This document shows, piece by piece, positions 38,201-51,600 of a DNA stretch of 64,000 nt (the first letter of the stretch is position 1; every line of letters starts with the position of its first letter). The notes beneath the pieces are model-generated. The model had not been told where the DNA came from and made no database searches. It was given only the letters and a program-made list of their open reading frames with translations. The position numbers were made by a program, and so were the translations under genes. The stretch comes from Antedon mediterranea. Taxonomy: Eukaryota > Animalia > Echinodermata. Location: the NCBI RefSeq assembly GCF_964355755.1, contig NC_092675.1, forward strand, positions 6,071,812 through 6,135,811. The letters run 5' to 3'.

Positions 38201-39938
38201 TAACGCAACGTAAGTGAATTGACCAATCACAAGCGATGGCTTATTCGCTTGTGATTGATTGCTAACTGTCTATAACTTCGCTTGTCATTGGTTAAAACGC
38301 TTACGTTGCGTTTACGTTCTAGTGGGAACCAAGCTTAAGGGATGATAAGACGTTGGTCATGTGTACAAAATGGTTGATAATACCTTTTTAGCAGATCGAC
38401 TGTGTTGGGTTAAACATTCACAAAACATCATTTGTTTGTTTTCTCTTTCTTCTCTTAAATTATCAATAATCATCTAATTAACAAAAAATAACAGATTTTT
38501 AAAAAAAATGTTTTTTTTATTTTAAAATATTTTCTTCACTACTCACACTAATGTTAAAGAAAACTTATATAAACAAATATTTGTGTAAGTTAAATATTTA
38601 ATAACTTAAGTGAAATACTTAATATTTCATGATTGGTGAATACGGTCACATGGTTCATCGGAGTGTTTAGTGGATATTATATACAAATTATTTTTGTATA
38701 ACTTTTAATTTTGTCTGTGCTTTACTATGGTTTTAAACATTGTTCATGTATTTTAAACTGTTTTAACAAAGATTTTCTGATTTTTATTCTTATCTATTTG
38801 ACCAATAAATGAATTCGAATAGAATTTGATTGCTGTTCTCTCATAGGACACAGTAGCAATAACTACCAATCACACTTAAATGAAACTTTTGTCATTAATA
38901 CTATTTCACTTAAGTATTTACCCCTGTTTACATTTTAAGAATAAGTGTTTCACTTCACTAAGTGTAATTAAATAGTGAAAACAGACACAGAATTATTGAT
39001 GTTCCTTTTATCAGTAAAACACTTACTTTTGTTTTATCCAAATCAGCAAGATCCATTTTATTTAGAACCAGCAAACTTGGTCTAACACCCATCAACTCTT
39101 TCAGTATTGTGTTTCTTCCTGCTATAGGAATGTTTAATAAATATAGGAGTTTTTTTTGTTTTGGTATAAAATAAAAAAAGAGAATTGTCCGATGTTGAAG
39201 AGGATTGTGAATGGGTTTAAATGAGAGAATCAAGGTTATTATTTTGTAAACATTTCTATATATTTAGGTACATGTGGCCAAGGATTACCAATAGCAAATG
39301 ATTCACTGTCAGATATAGGTGGTAGTCCCCCAGAACAGGGGCTATTTTGTGAACCAGTTCACCAGGGTAACCCTTACTTGTCTCAACTAATGAACTGGTT
39401 TATAGTCCTCCAGAATTAGGAGCGAGTCACCTCCTAGTTATTTCAAAACTAAACAAATTTGACATTTTGAGGTTTGAAATGATACACACCTTTTGCGCAG
39501 GAAAGTTTTTTTTATCACTAGTTATCACAAACATAATATATTTCATTTCTTGTACCTATTTTGAAATTTCATAATTGTGTTGTAACAAATAAAAAGAGGG
39601 ATTAAGCTGTTATGCCAGCCATTTCTTATTGTTGTTAACCTAGTGATAACTTTTAATATTTTCGTTATAAAAGGATATTCTTGCATCATGAACTTCAACA
39701 ACTAAATCAACTTTCTTCAATGTTGCCATCATTTTCTTCATTCCTGAAATATGAAGTAGAAATAATGAAAAAAGTATATTTATATACGTTACGTCGTTAC
39801 CAATTTATTTTTTATGTTTTTCGTTTTTTGTACTGTAGTACGTTACTCGCCTTTTGCCATATGTGATGGAAACCAATGTGTCAGGTCTGTACTTCCAAAC
39901 TGAAAGATTTGACGAAAGATTCGATCTGGTTTACTCAT
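35256..39938 (-). CDS. MTG1: Mitochondrial ribosome-associated GTPase 1 (RbgA/YlqF family circularly permuted GTPase), 314 aa
   Basis: Exons 39938-39851, 39743-39679, 39131-39027, 38473-38384, 37772-37625, 37321-37260, 36728-36632, 36014-35933, 35816-35710, 35356-35256 (945 nt, in frame). Motifs WFPSHMAKG, EVHDARIP, NKMD (G4), GIPNVGKSS (G1), PGVTR (G2), DTPG (G3), FRKGELGRVTLD. Requires GC donors at 39850 and 37259 and an AT-AC intron 39678-39132. Confidence 0.95.
36845..36990 (+). mobile_element. Degraded RTE-clade LINE ORF remnant in an MTG1 intron
   Basis: Frameshifted pieces RRWNRIG and VALHWTSKGQR resemble the RTE C-terminal motifs RRWxWIGH and ALxWxPxGKR. Confidence 0.5.
37838..38080. 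mobile_element. pogo/Tigger-like MITE (related end at 63677-63800)
   Basis: Terminal catatatcctc(g/t)ggtataatcccac shared. 37990-38075 is the reverse complement of about 63685-63778. Confidence 0.7.
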
Positions 39939-40299
39939 CTTTTCACTATGCTTATTTCAACAAAACTGAAAATGAATAAAAAAATAATAAATATAATATT
40001 TTCATAAAGATGATAGGCCCCTATATAAAAAAATAGTACAAGGAAGGTAGCTAGTTGTATTATTTAGTAAGTTTACATAATACTGTAAACTTATGCTATA
40101 ATATAGGCTAAAATAAAGTAATTAAATTGAAATATCCCTATCCCAATACAAATTACTAATGCAGGTACGAACTGTCCATAAAATAACCACACAGCATCTT
40201 TTTCAGTGTTGAATGAAGGTCTCCTCGGTCCTGTCTCCTCTGGCCTACACTACCTACTTTATATCATCAATCAGCTGCTAACTAGTCATACTCACTCAC

Positions 40300-40701
40300 C
40301 TAAAACTATTCCTGTAACCTTAACACACGAGTAAGATGACATGCATGTAATTTTTCATTAAATTTCTAAAAACTTAACATTATTTTTCACCCGTTTTTAG
40401 TAACATGCTGTTTCGTTTTCGTGTTTATGCTTGTATTTGTATACGAAGAAGTCACAACTGAAATTTTCGTCCGGAAGAAGAGATGACCTAACTTTGACCC
40501 GGAAGCTATCAAAACTAGAAAAATTATGGAAAGTCGACGAGTCGTTTGCCACGTTGATTTCTATTTCCATAATAAAAAGCCGGTAGGAAATCGACCTAGA
40601 AAGTGAATATAGGACGTTTACTAATACATCATTTGTTCAAATTTGTAATAACATAATTCTGCTTTTTTAACATCTAAGTTATAATTTATTGTCGGGTGAG
40701 T
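40300..40701. promoter_or_regulatory. Bidirectional MTG1/SEC31 promoter with non-coding first exons
   Basis: Minus-strand donor AG|GTGAGT at 40300/40299 with acceptor at 39966 before the MTG1 ATG; plus-strand donor GG|GTGAGT at 40695/40696. CCGGAAG at 40471 and 40499, TGACCTn5TGACCC at 40484-40500, TGCCACGT at 40547-40554. Locally CpG-rich. Confidence 0.7.
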
Positions 40702-42668
40702 AATTCTATATTAATGAAAACATTCTGTTTCACTGCCTGAACATTCTCTTGTTAGCCCTCCCACCCACCAAGCTGCATGGAAAGAATCGTAATGTTTTAC
40801 CCCCCAGATATGAGTTGTGTTAGGCGACCGGTATTCATATATATGGTACCACGTACTAAATTCTGGGCCTAGACATTTAAGCTAAGAATATCATGTTTTT
40901 GTTTAAATAATTGAATAAAATTAAGAATTAGAATAGGTCGTAGATAACTGATCATACTTGTGGACTACCTAGCTCGATTAGAGAAGTTCTAGTTATTATT
41001 AGTAAATATATTTTATGTATTTATTATTAATAATAAGGTAGGCCCACCTGTCGGTACACTCACCACATCATCTGTCTATGCGTGTCATAAAATACAGACA
41101 CGTCAACGTTAGTAGGCCTACAGTATAAAAGGGTATTCATATTAACTTTTAATCTAGAAAATAGAATACACAGTATAAACATTTTATTTCTAATATATAA
41201 TATTAAATGTTGTTTTTATGATTTGTACTTTTGTTTGTTATTCTTAATACTAGATAATATTATTTTATGTTAATATTGCAGGACTTTAATCATATATGTA
41301 TGATGATGTTTGGGTCATACAATTCCATGGAGTATGTCCACTAGAGATTTGATGTAAAATAATTATCAAATATACAGTATATAATAACAATAACATGTTT
41401 TAATATTATTTGAATTGTTTGTTTTATGTAATATTTAAGTCAAAAGTGATTTAGTTTAATTCAGAAATTGAAGACTGCACCACAAGGCCAAATAAAAAAG
41501 CATTTGCATCAACTGAAATGTGTAACTCATTACTAAATTATGTTATTACAGTCATGACTTTAAATTTCAACAGATTTTAGGTTTATCTAGTTGAAAATAA
41601 TATACCACATTTTTTTGTTTTGTTTTTTGACCATATTTAATGAGGGTGATCCATCCAGCGATTACTGATCATTAGGGGCCCTCAGAGGTTCACAAGACAA
41701 ACATATACACAAGATGCTCTACATAAACAAAGTCTTATTACAAATCTTTGGGAGTGGAGTTGTAATTTTGTCCTTTAAAAAAAAAATCCTGACATGTGAC
41801 GGGACTAAGAACCTTGTAGTGGAACACTAGCCAAGCATCATAACCACCAAGCCACTCAGTAAAATTGTTACTGTTATCAGATGATTACATATCTGCATAG
41901 TTACCATATGCCATGAGTTAATGCAAGAAGCTTTTATAGTTTCACTTTATTGTAATTGTATAAAGTACTAATTAATGTAGGAATAATTAAACATCTAATT
42001 ACTGTAAAAGGGATTAGTCAGTGTTTTCGTTTATAATCAATATTGAAATAGTTTGAAGGAATAATTGATCATTAATAAAATCATAACTCTATGAAAAAGT
42101 GGCCATGACGCAGTCTGTACATAGAGTTAAAATAATAACAAAACTGATTTTTGTTTTTCTGAAAAAACATATACTGTATAAAATACTTGATATTATTGTT
42201 ACTGAGTGTAAGGTAAAGTTAGTTTTGCAAGTTAATTGAAAATATACAGTACTGTAATACAACTAAAAGATACACTGTACTTTGTTTTGACATAAAAAAA
42301 CATTTTTAGCAGAAATCTCCATTTCTTTCATACACTGTTCCTTTTCACATACCTTCTGTACAATTGCATATACAGTGCAGTATGTGTCATTTCCTCTGCA
42401 CCCAGTTTAACCATGACTAGATTTTTAAAAATAAACTGAATAATGTGTCAAACTTAAATGTCTAAATAAAGATGTGCACGTTAATTTATCATTCAATAGC
42501 TTATTAAATAAGGTCATTTTTATTTGAATTTATATTTCTAAAAACTGAAATTACAGTATAGTTGTAATTATTATCTGTATTTACTAATTCAAGTAATTTG
42601 TATTACATCCAGTTATTATTGAAGATTATTTTACTTATTTTCAAATTAATTTACTTAGAGACGACAAA

Positions 42669-45600
42669 ATGAAGGTGAAAGAGATAGACATAACGGCCAA
42701 TGTGGCTTGGAGCCCATCATCTCAATACCCAATATACCTAGCCACCGGGACAGCTGCACAGCAACTAGATGCCACATTCAGCACCAGCGCTGCGCTAGAC
42801 ATTTACTCTCTGAGCCTGAATCAACCTGGCCTAGCTATGGAGAAAAAGGCTAGTCTTAGTACATCAATGAGGTAATTTACATTCAAACAACTTTCAGTTC
42901 AGTGCTTACTGTAGAGGCACCCTGTATTTTGCGCTATATAAATTAAACATTATTATTATTATTTACTAAAATAAAGAATTTTAAATAAAAAGATTATATA
43001 TGTGCAGTTTACAATGATTTCAAAGAATTATATCTATTTTTCAATGTTGCTACTTTTGGTGTGCTGGCATAGTTATTAATATAAAATGAAATAGCCATTA
43101 AAAGTGTTAGTTACAGACATCATTTGGAATAAGTTATCAATGATAATCTCCACAGACACTTTCCAGGAAGTTGTCTACAATAGTTTTCCTACTACTGTAT
43201 TAATACTATAGACATTAAAGAAAGTTGGAAGTACATTTACAGTACAGTATTTCAAGGTCTGAATATTCAATAACCAGAAGAGCTTACTATTTGCAATAAA
43301 TATTACAATATAATAAATATGGCCGTACTGCGTTAAAACACCGGTTCTCGTTAGATAACCGAAGTTAAGCAACATTGGGCCTGTTTAGAGCTTGGATGGA
43401 AGACCGTCTGGGATCGCGTCGAGTGCTGTATATTTGGGAGAGTGATGGTGTAATGATAATATCAGACAAGCATGTGATATTCATGGGTCCGAAAGCCTAC
43501 CTGTACCATATTAACTGTATCCTTAAGCAAGATGCTCATTGCCTTAGCCATTGGTTTCGTATACTGTACATACATTTTTTTTAAATCCAGTTATAAATTT
43601 ATACACTTATTTTATCTATAGATTTCATAAGTTAGTGTGGGGAAGTCATGGAATAAGCAGTGAGAACCAAGATGCTAGTGGCCTTATAATAGGAGGTACA
43701 GACAATGGACGAATATACTTATATGATGCACATAAAGTTTTGAATGAAGAAAAGGATCCTCTAGTTGAAATGATAGAAAGGGTTAGTATATAAAATATAT
43801 CTGTTACAAAAACTTGTGTTCTTAAGGTTTTGTGATATAGTATTTGATATCTTATACAGTATCGTTGTTTTAAAGATGTATTGTCCTCCTGAAAAAATAA
43901 TTCTTAACTAAATTTGTGTTGAATATTCCATTTTAATGTAACATAATAGTTATCCACTTTGAAAAAAAATTGAATCGAAAAAAAATGTATTTACCTGAAA
44001 AAACTGTAATTTAAGGCAAAAAATGGCCACATGTCTGCCAGCCAGTGGGTTTTTGGTTGAATTTAACCATTTATTTTGTCAATTTATAGGTGAAAACATT
44101 ATTTTGTTTTCATTTTTTTCTATGGAAGGGATTAACTTTATTAAAACTACAAAATAACTTATTCAAAGTCTGATTTAACTTCATTTTTCATGTATTTGGG
44201 GGACAATGCATCTTTAAAAATTATATTATTTTAGGATAACATGTAACTTAAGCTTTTTATATTTGCAGCATACTGGTACAGTCCGTGCGTTAGATGTGAA
44301 CCCATTTCAAGCAAATCTGTTAGCATCCGGAGCAAGCGATTCTGAAATATATGTGTGGGATCTTAACAATACAACCTCACCAATGACACCTGGAGCAAAA
44401 TCACAGGTAACCTTTGATAAACATCTGTTGATCACTTTATAAACCATAAATAACGATTTCCTACCTTTACGTAGGTATTTTGTACTAATAATTTTGTGGA
44501 TGTTTAATAGCTGTATATTTTACTAGCCAATATGCCATTTTCGTACCTAAAACTATAACTGCTGTACAGGTTGCCTAGGTGCAGTTCTTGCATTGGTAAA
44601 TGAGTCATGCAGTGGTTAGCTTAGCAGGCAAATATGACTATAATACAGTATACCTATATTTGGTCTATTTTATTACTTTATAATTATCTTCTTTTCTTTG
44701 TTTGCAGCCTCCAGATGAAATAAGTTGCTTAGCATGGAACAGGCAGGTGCAACATATATTAGCATCCACCTGCCCAGGTGGACGTTGTGTTGTATGGGAT
44801 TTACGTAAAAATGAGCCTATTATCAAAGTCACTGACCACAGCTCAAGAGTAAGTTTGCAATGGTTCGGGGTGTTCACACATAATGACTCTACAATGACAT
44901 TATAAATGTCAGTACAATGTCATTACACTATGTATCTTGTCAAACAATGCAAATTTTCCCCATTTCCCAAAATGGCAGCACCCTTGAATTGATTATTACT
45001 AAAACTAATTAATGAAAGCTTATTTCATTTTTAATGAAATGAAATGCGTGTTTATCTGACAGATGCGTTGTAAAGTTGTAGAGTGGCATCCAGAGGTAGC
45101 CACTCAGATGGCATTAGCGTCAGAAGATGATCACTCACCAGTTATACAAATGTGGGATCTTAGGTTTGCTACTTCACCACTAAAGGTCCTGGAGAATCAT
45201 CAGAGGTTAGTAGAAAAATACCATATTTAAATAAACTGGTATACAAAGACACAATTGTAATCAAAATGTGTAGGCATATCACATATACTATAAAATCAAT
45301 GGAGCGGAACATGATTTTGCATATTCGCACAGACCTGTATTCATCGCATTGTATCTGTGGATTTTAGGGATGTTAAACTAGATAATATGTTGTAAAAAAT
45401 GAATTTTTAAAAGGAGTAATAAATATAAAGTTGGTTGTACACCACATATATTTAGTTCTTAAAAGAACTGTTGAGTTTCTCGATATACTTTGATCATCCT
45501 CAGGAGTGAGAATGCAAAAAGTCCAGGAAACTCGGAATATAAGTGAAATAGGGTAAGACTGGTGTGAAAGCTAAAACAATAGCAAGGTTCACAGTGGGAG

Positions 45601-48600
45601 GGTTGAAACTAGCTATAGAAGAGCATTGTTTCTCATAAACAATATAAGTAGCTATAGAATAGCATTGTTCTTCATGAACAATGATGAATGGAAACTAGCT
45701 ATAGAAGAGCATTTTTCTCATGAACAATTGTTAATTACCAATTTAGTTCTATTTTTGTTATTAATCATTTTTTTCAGAGGAATACTGTCAATAGCCTGGT
45801 GTCCACAAGATTGCGACCTCCTCCTAAGTTGTGGCAAAGACAATCGCATTTTATGTTGGAATCCCAACAGTGCAGTAGCAGGAGGAGAAGTAACCTATGA
45901 ACTTCCAACCAGCAGCCAATGGTGTTTTGACGTTCAATGGTGTCCTCGTAATCCTGGTTTGATATCTACGGCATCGTTTGACGGTCACGTTAGCGTGCAT
46001 TCTCTGATGGGTGGATCTTATCCAGATAATCAACACTCGCAACAACAACAAAGTAATGTAAGTTAATAACCATATTTCTAGCAATCAAAACAATTTAGTG
46101 GAAATCCGTAGGACTGCTTAATCCCAAGTTAATTCCTAATTTAATTTGTTTTCTTATTTTTACTTGGTAAAATAGAATTTTGCTAAGTATACTACATGTT
46201 TTGTTAGCACGATAGCGTCCACAATTTTATAACAAAGTTATCATTCTGAATGTTTGGATGTTAGTAGGTATATACTTACAGAACATGCCTATTGATTTTC
46301 AGGAAAATTGATATATTGGTCACGTCACAAAAGCTTATTATATTAAAATCTGACTTACTAGCTGTATCTTTCATACAAGGTATTAAATAGCATGCCCACT
46401 CTATTCTTTTAACATTGACCAAAATATCAAGTAGTGAGCCCTCGTTCTCCAGATATAGTTTTTCACTCAGTTTTTGAGTGCTTTTATTTATTATTATTAT
46501 TTTTCTTTTGTTAGGTTGCCTCATCATTTCCTGGAATGGACCCTTACAATCAAGCACCTGGCCAACAACAGCAACAAGTACCAACAGAAGCTGTCATCCT
46601 TAAGAAGCCACCAAAGTGGTTAAGAAGGCCTGTCGGAGCTACCTTCGCTGTAAGTACATTCCTGTACTGGTCTCTTGACTATTTAATATATATTTATGTG
46701 GCAGTATAATATGGCGTGATACTTAGATAAGAAAAATAGAAAAAAATGCCAATAAAAATGTTTGGTTTTTTTTCAGTTTGGCGGTAAACTAGTATCCTTT
46801 GAAAATTCCAAGCCGCAGCAGGCTCACCAACCAACGCCTAAACAAGTGTCTATCAGTCAAGTTGTCACAGAAACGGATTTCATTGATCGTTCTAAACACT
46901 TGGAAAACGCCCTCAATGAGGGTGGTTTTGTCGAGTTTTGTAGTAACAAAATTGCTGCATCTGCAGATGAAATTGAGAAGCAAATGTGGAATTTCTTAAA
47001 AGTAAGTCATAAAGTTATGTTTTTACTTCTTTTATATTCATTAGCAGAATTGACATGACGTGACCCCTAGGGAAGAAGTATGTAGTTGAAACTTCTTCTA
47101 ATGCTTTGTCTACACTGTAAAACTATGTGACAAAAAATGTGATGTGCCCATATATGGACATGATGATGTCATATCACTACCATATTTGGGCATATCACTA
47201 CCATATTTGGGCACATAGTTTGATTGTGTAGACAGAGCTTAAGAACACAGCGCCATGAGCAATGTTAATACAAATAGAAATGTTTCAAATAATCCAAAGA
47301 TTTTATCAATTTAATGAATTCCTTATTTTATTCATTTAGGTTAATTTTGAAAAAGAACCGCGTAACCATTTTATAACATTGCTCGGCCACGACTCGCACG
47401 AGTTGACCAAGAAAGTGGCGCTAGCAACAGGAGCTAAAACCACCCTTCAGAACGGTAATAAAGAAGGCGTGAATATGGAAGAATTAGCAGCAAAAATGGA
47501 AACTATCAATACAGATGATGATGATAGTGAATTGAATTTAGGCAGTGGGACGCAGTCTCCAAGTGTTGGATCCAAGGTTTGTTGTCATAATGTTTATAAT
47601 ATTTTCTAATTTCACATTTTTAATGTTATATGATGTAAGGGCATGTGACACATTTTATTGAAACATTGGATTACTTATCGTTAGTTCAAATGCAACTATC
47701 TTGTATCCAAGACAAGACACTCTACACCAAGGTGTATAAATGGGTACCTGGTTAGACAATACAAGATACAACTTTGCTTTGATTGCTAGGTTCAATACGG
47801 GAGTATTTTTTCATACGCGTTTGATAAAAAAAAAATGACCGGGGTAATAATGCTATGTTTCCATATGTGTTGAAAACGTGTGTAGTTGGTAGCTTTCTTG
47901 TAGATGCTTTAATTGTAGAATGTAATTTTTTTTTTTTATTTTGGTCTGTGCTCTGTTCTTGGTTGACCAACTACCATACAGTATAGCACCTGTCTTTCCT
48001 TGCCTTTAATATTTGTTTGTTATTTTCTATGTATTGTATGGCAGAAATTGAATAAATAAAAAGTAAATAAAAATAAATAATAACAAAAAAACTCTGGTAA
48101 TAGAAGCATTACCCATTAAGCGCGATATAAGAATAAAATGTTTAAAAAAATTAAAATTAGGATGAATTTCTTGTATAATGTTATGAATATACGTATTTTG
48201 TTTACATTCGCAGACTCCAAGTGATGTTCTTGGTGATAGCGAGGGAGCAGCTGCATTTGATGCAATTGCTGCAGGAGGTCCAGTAGAAGTTGAGAACAGG
48301 ACTGATGGACAACAGGATCTAAGACCTGATTCACCTTTTAGTATAAGTAACAATGAAGGCAAGTACAATGCATTTGTAGCAAAGAAACCTTCAATAGCAC
48401 TACTAAAATTCATTTGTGTCGGCAAAGCTATTGAAGCCACAAATAGTGATAAATTTAAAGAGATAGTGTCCAATTAAAAGCCACTCCTAAAGTCCTCTTT
48501 GTCAGACTTCCTTGTAAAGTATTCAACCACCAAGTAGTATGTAAGCAAAGAAGGATTACTTAATTCAAGCCAACAAACTAAACATACCCGTAAGTGATTG

Positions 48601-51600
48601 AATAAATTCCACAGTTTATGCATGTGCAGAGAAATAAAATGATTCTTTTCACTAAATAATAATATCCTGGATTTATATAGCGCCCAATGTTGTGCTAACC
48701 TAACGATTAAGCGCCACACATTAATACTACCCTAGTCATTTTTTGGGATCAAACACGTATGGAAACATACGCCCATAATGCAGCTAGTAATCAGCGCAAA
48801 GTTGTGTCTTGATCTAACTGGGTTCCCATATATACACCTGGGTGGAGAGAGGCAAATGTAATAAAGTATCTTGCCTAAGTATACAAGCAATGCAGCGAGA
48901 GTTGGATTTGAACCTCGATCTCACGATCAGTAGTCGAACGTCCAACACACCATAGTTCAATAATCCTTGTGGTTGATTTGAATCAAGATATATGTGTGTT
49001 GCAATTCATTATCAAGTACCAATATATTAGCTACAACCTTACATTGAAAGACCAGACATTGGTCAATAGATCACCACTACATTAGTGGAATAAGTGAAAG
49101 TGAAACCACACAACATTATGTGAAACTTTTTGTAACTGTTATATGCATTATTGCATGACCCCCTAATAGGTGAGTGCCTTTTTTCTAATTCAGATACAAA
49201 TGGTCTTCTGAGCAAATCACTTCTTACTGGTAATTTTGAGGCAGCGGTAGAGATGTGTCTTCATGATGACAGATTAGCAGACGCCATCATACTTGCAATA
49301 GCCGGTGGGCCTGAACTACTCGCAAGAACTCAACGTAAATATTTCAAGAAGAATAAGAGTGATATATCAAGGGTAGGTAGCTGAGTATTACTACTACTAT
49401 ACTGAACTTTCATAAAGCATGGTTCCCACTAGGACGCAATACAACATGTACACGGAATGTAAGCAATTTGACCAATCACAAGCAACAGTTTGAATAGTCC
49501 TGTGCTTGTGATTGGTCCAATTGCTTGCATTGTGTACTAATAAAAGAAGAGCTAACTAATTTGCCTTGCTGTCAATGTTGACCCAACTTTTCCCCAATAA
49601 AATTGTTGTAAAATTCAAATTTCATTTTAAAGTTTGTTACTTTAATAATTTGATTTGTTTTTTTCTAGTTAATATCATCAATAGTTACCAGAGATCTATC
49701 TGATATGGTGAAATGTTGTGAATTAGATAATTGGAAAGAAGTGCTTACAGCATTACTCACATATGCTACAGCTGAAGAATTCCCTACCCTTTGTAGTAAG
49801 TTTGTTTGCTATCCTTAATATAAGCTCTGTCTACACTATCAATCTAGTTTGACAAAAGTGTGATTTACCCATATATGGACATGATGATGTCATATCACTC
49901 CCACATTTTGACAAAAAATGTGCCCAGATTTGGTAGTGGTAGTGATATTCCCAAATATGGTAGTGATATGACATCGTCATGTCCATATATTGGCACATCA
50001 CAATTTTTTGCCACATAAAGTTTGATAGTGTAGACAGTGCCTTATACTAAAGTATATATAATATTGTTTCTTCTAATATTCTTTACAAGCAGTAAAACAC
50101 TTTTCACCTAAGATTCATGTTTCCTGTGGTCTTCTTGCTAGAACCTGTATTAAAAGGAAACATCTCCTGGATTAAAATAAATGTCCCTCATTTGTTTCAC
50201 AGCAAAATGTTCCATTCAATCCAATTCGATTTATTTTCCACATACTTCATCTACTAAAACCAAGTACATGGAGGATGCATATTTAAGATCTGTGTAGAGC
50301 ATAGATCTTTAAGCTAATAAGCAACCGTAGACAATAATAATAAATACAATAAACATAAAAGCATTGAATAAATAAGTAAATAAATAAGGCAGTATGCACA
50401 AAAAATTAATTCCATATTTCATAATGTATTGTATGATATATAATAAATAAGCAGACTGGTATTTACTCACCATATATCGAGATCAGAGGTGTGTTAAATA
50501 AGCAGACTGGTATTTACTCACCATATATCGAGATCAGAGGTGTGTCCCAAAAACCCTCTACTGTGGTTTGGAAATCGAAAATTCAATTCACATTTTTAGT
50601 TTCTACAAATCAACCATCAATCCCAATTCTGTTTAATTTTATACAAATAAAAAAAATGATTTTTTTTTATTGTCTGTTTTATTTGTACCTGTTCAGTCTT
50701 GCTTTTTATATTTCTGTTTTGTATTTGTCATAATAAGTAAAGTGTATAAATAAATAACTGAAATGTACTTTGTGGTTGTGTGTAGATTCATTGGGTACAC
50801 GGCTTGAGACGGAGGGTGATGATGACCTTGTTGCAAGTGCTTGTCTTTGCTATATATGTGCTGGTAATGTTGAAAAGCTAGTATCCTGTTGGTGTAAGGT
50901 CACTCCTAATGGAAACTCGGCACTCGGATTACAGGTATTATAACACTTTAAAACCAAACTTTATCAAGTTTGTTTGATTATTAAATTTTCCACACACATC
51001 AAATAATACAGTTGTTAATTCTAATAAAACATGTGTGAACTGGATTAAAAGAAACATGTGTGCGTGGATGCAGGTCAAATAAGTTAAAGAACTTAAAGCT
51101 GAGCACCATTTGTGAAAAAATGTTTTCTCTTTTTTTGTACATCATTTATGATAGATTTCTAGCATTGTTTTTTTTTATATTATTTTTAATTATCTCGTAC
51201 AATATTCTAGTTTACAGTTACCAGCCAATAGTTTTTTTTTTTAAATTCAAAATTCAAATTTATTTTCCTTATCATAAAATTATCAATAATGGTAAATGAC
51301 ATAGGAAGGAGCTAAAAGAAGTGTTAATTACTTATCATAGTATGATAGTGGTTTGTTCTATTATGTTTTATTTAGTAATTGATTAAATTACATTTTACAT
51401 TTTAAATGTATTCTGAATGAACAGATGTGAAACATTGGACACAAACATTTTGATTAGCATTATTTTTTTTTAATAATTTAATTTTTCACTCGATTGCTTA
51501 CTGTAATAAGTTTGTTTTCTATGAATAAGTGATAATGTTCTCAAGTAATTCTCAGGAGGGACTCGAACCCACAATCTCAAGATTACTAGCCTGGCGTTCA

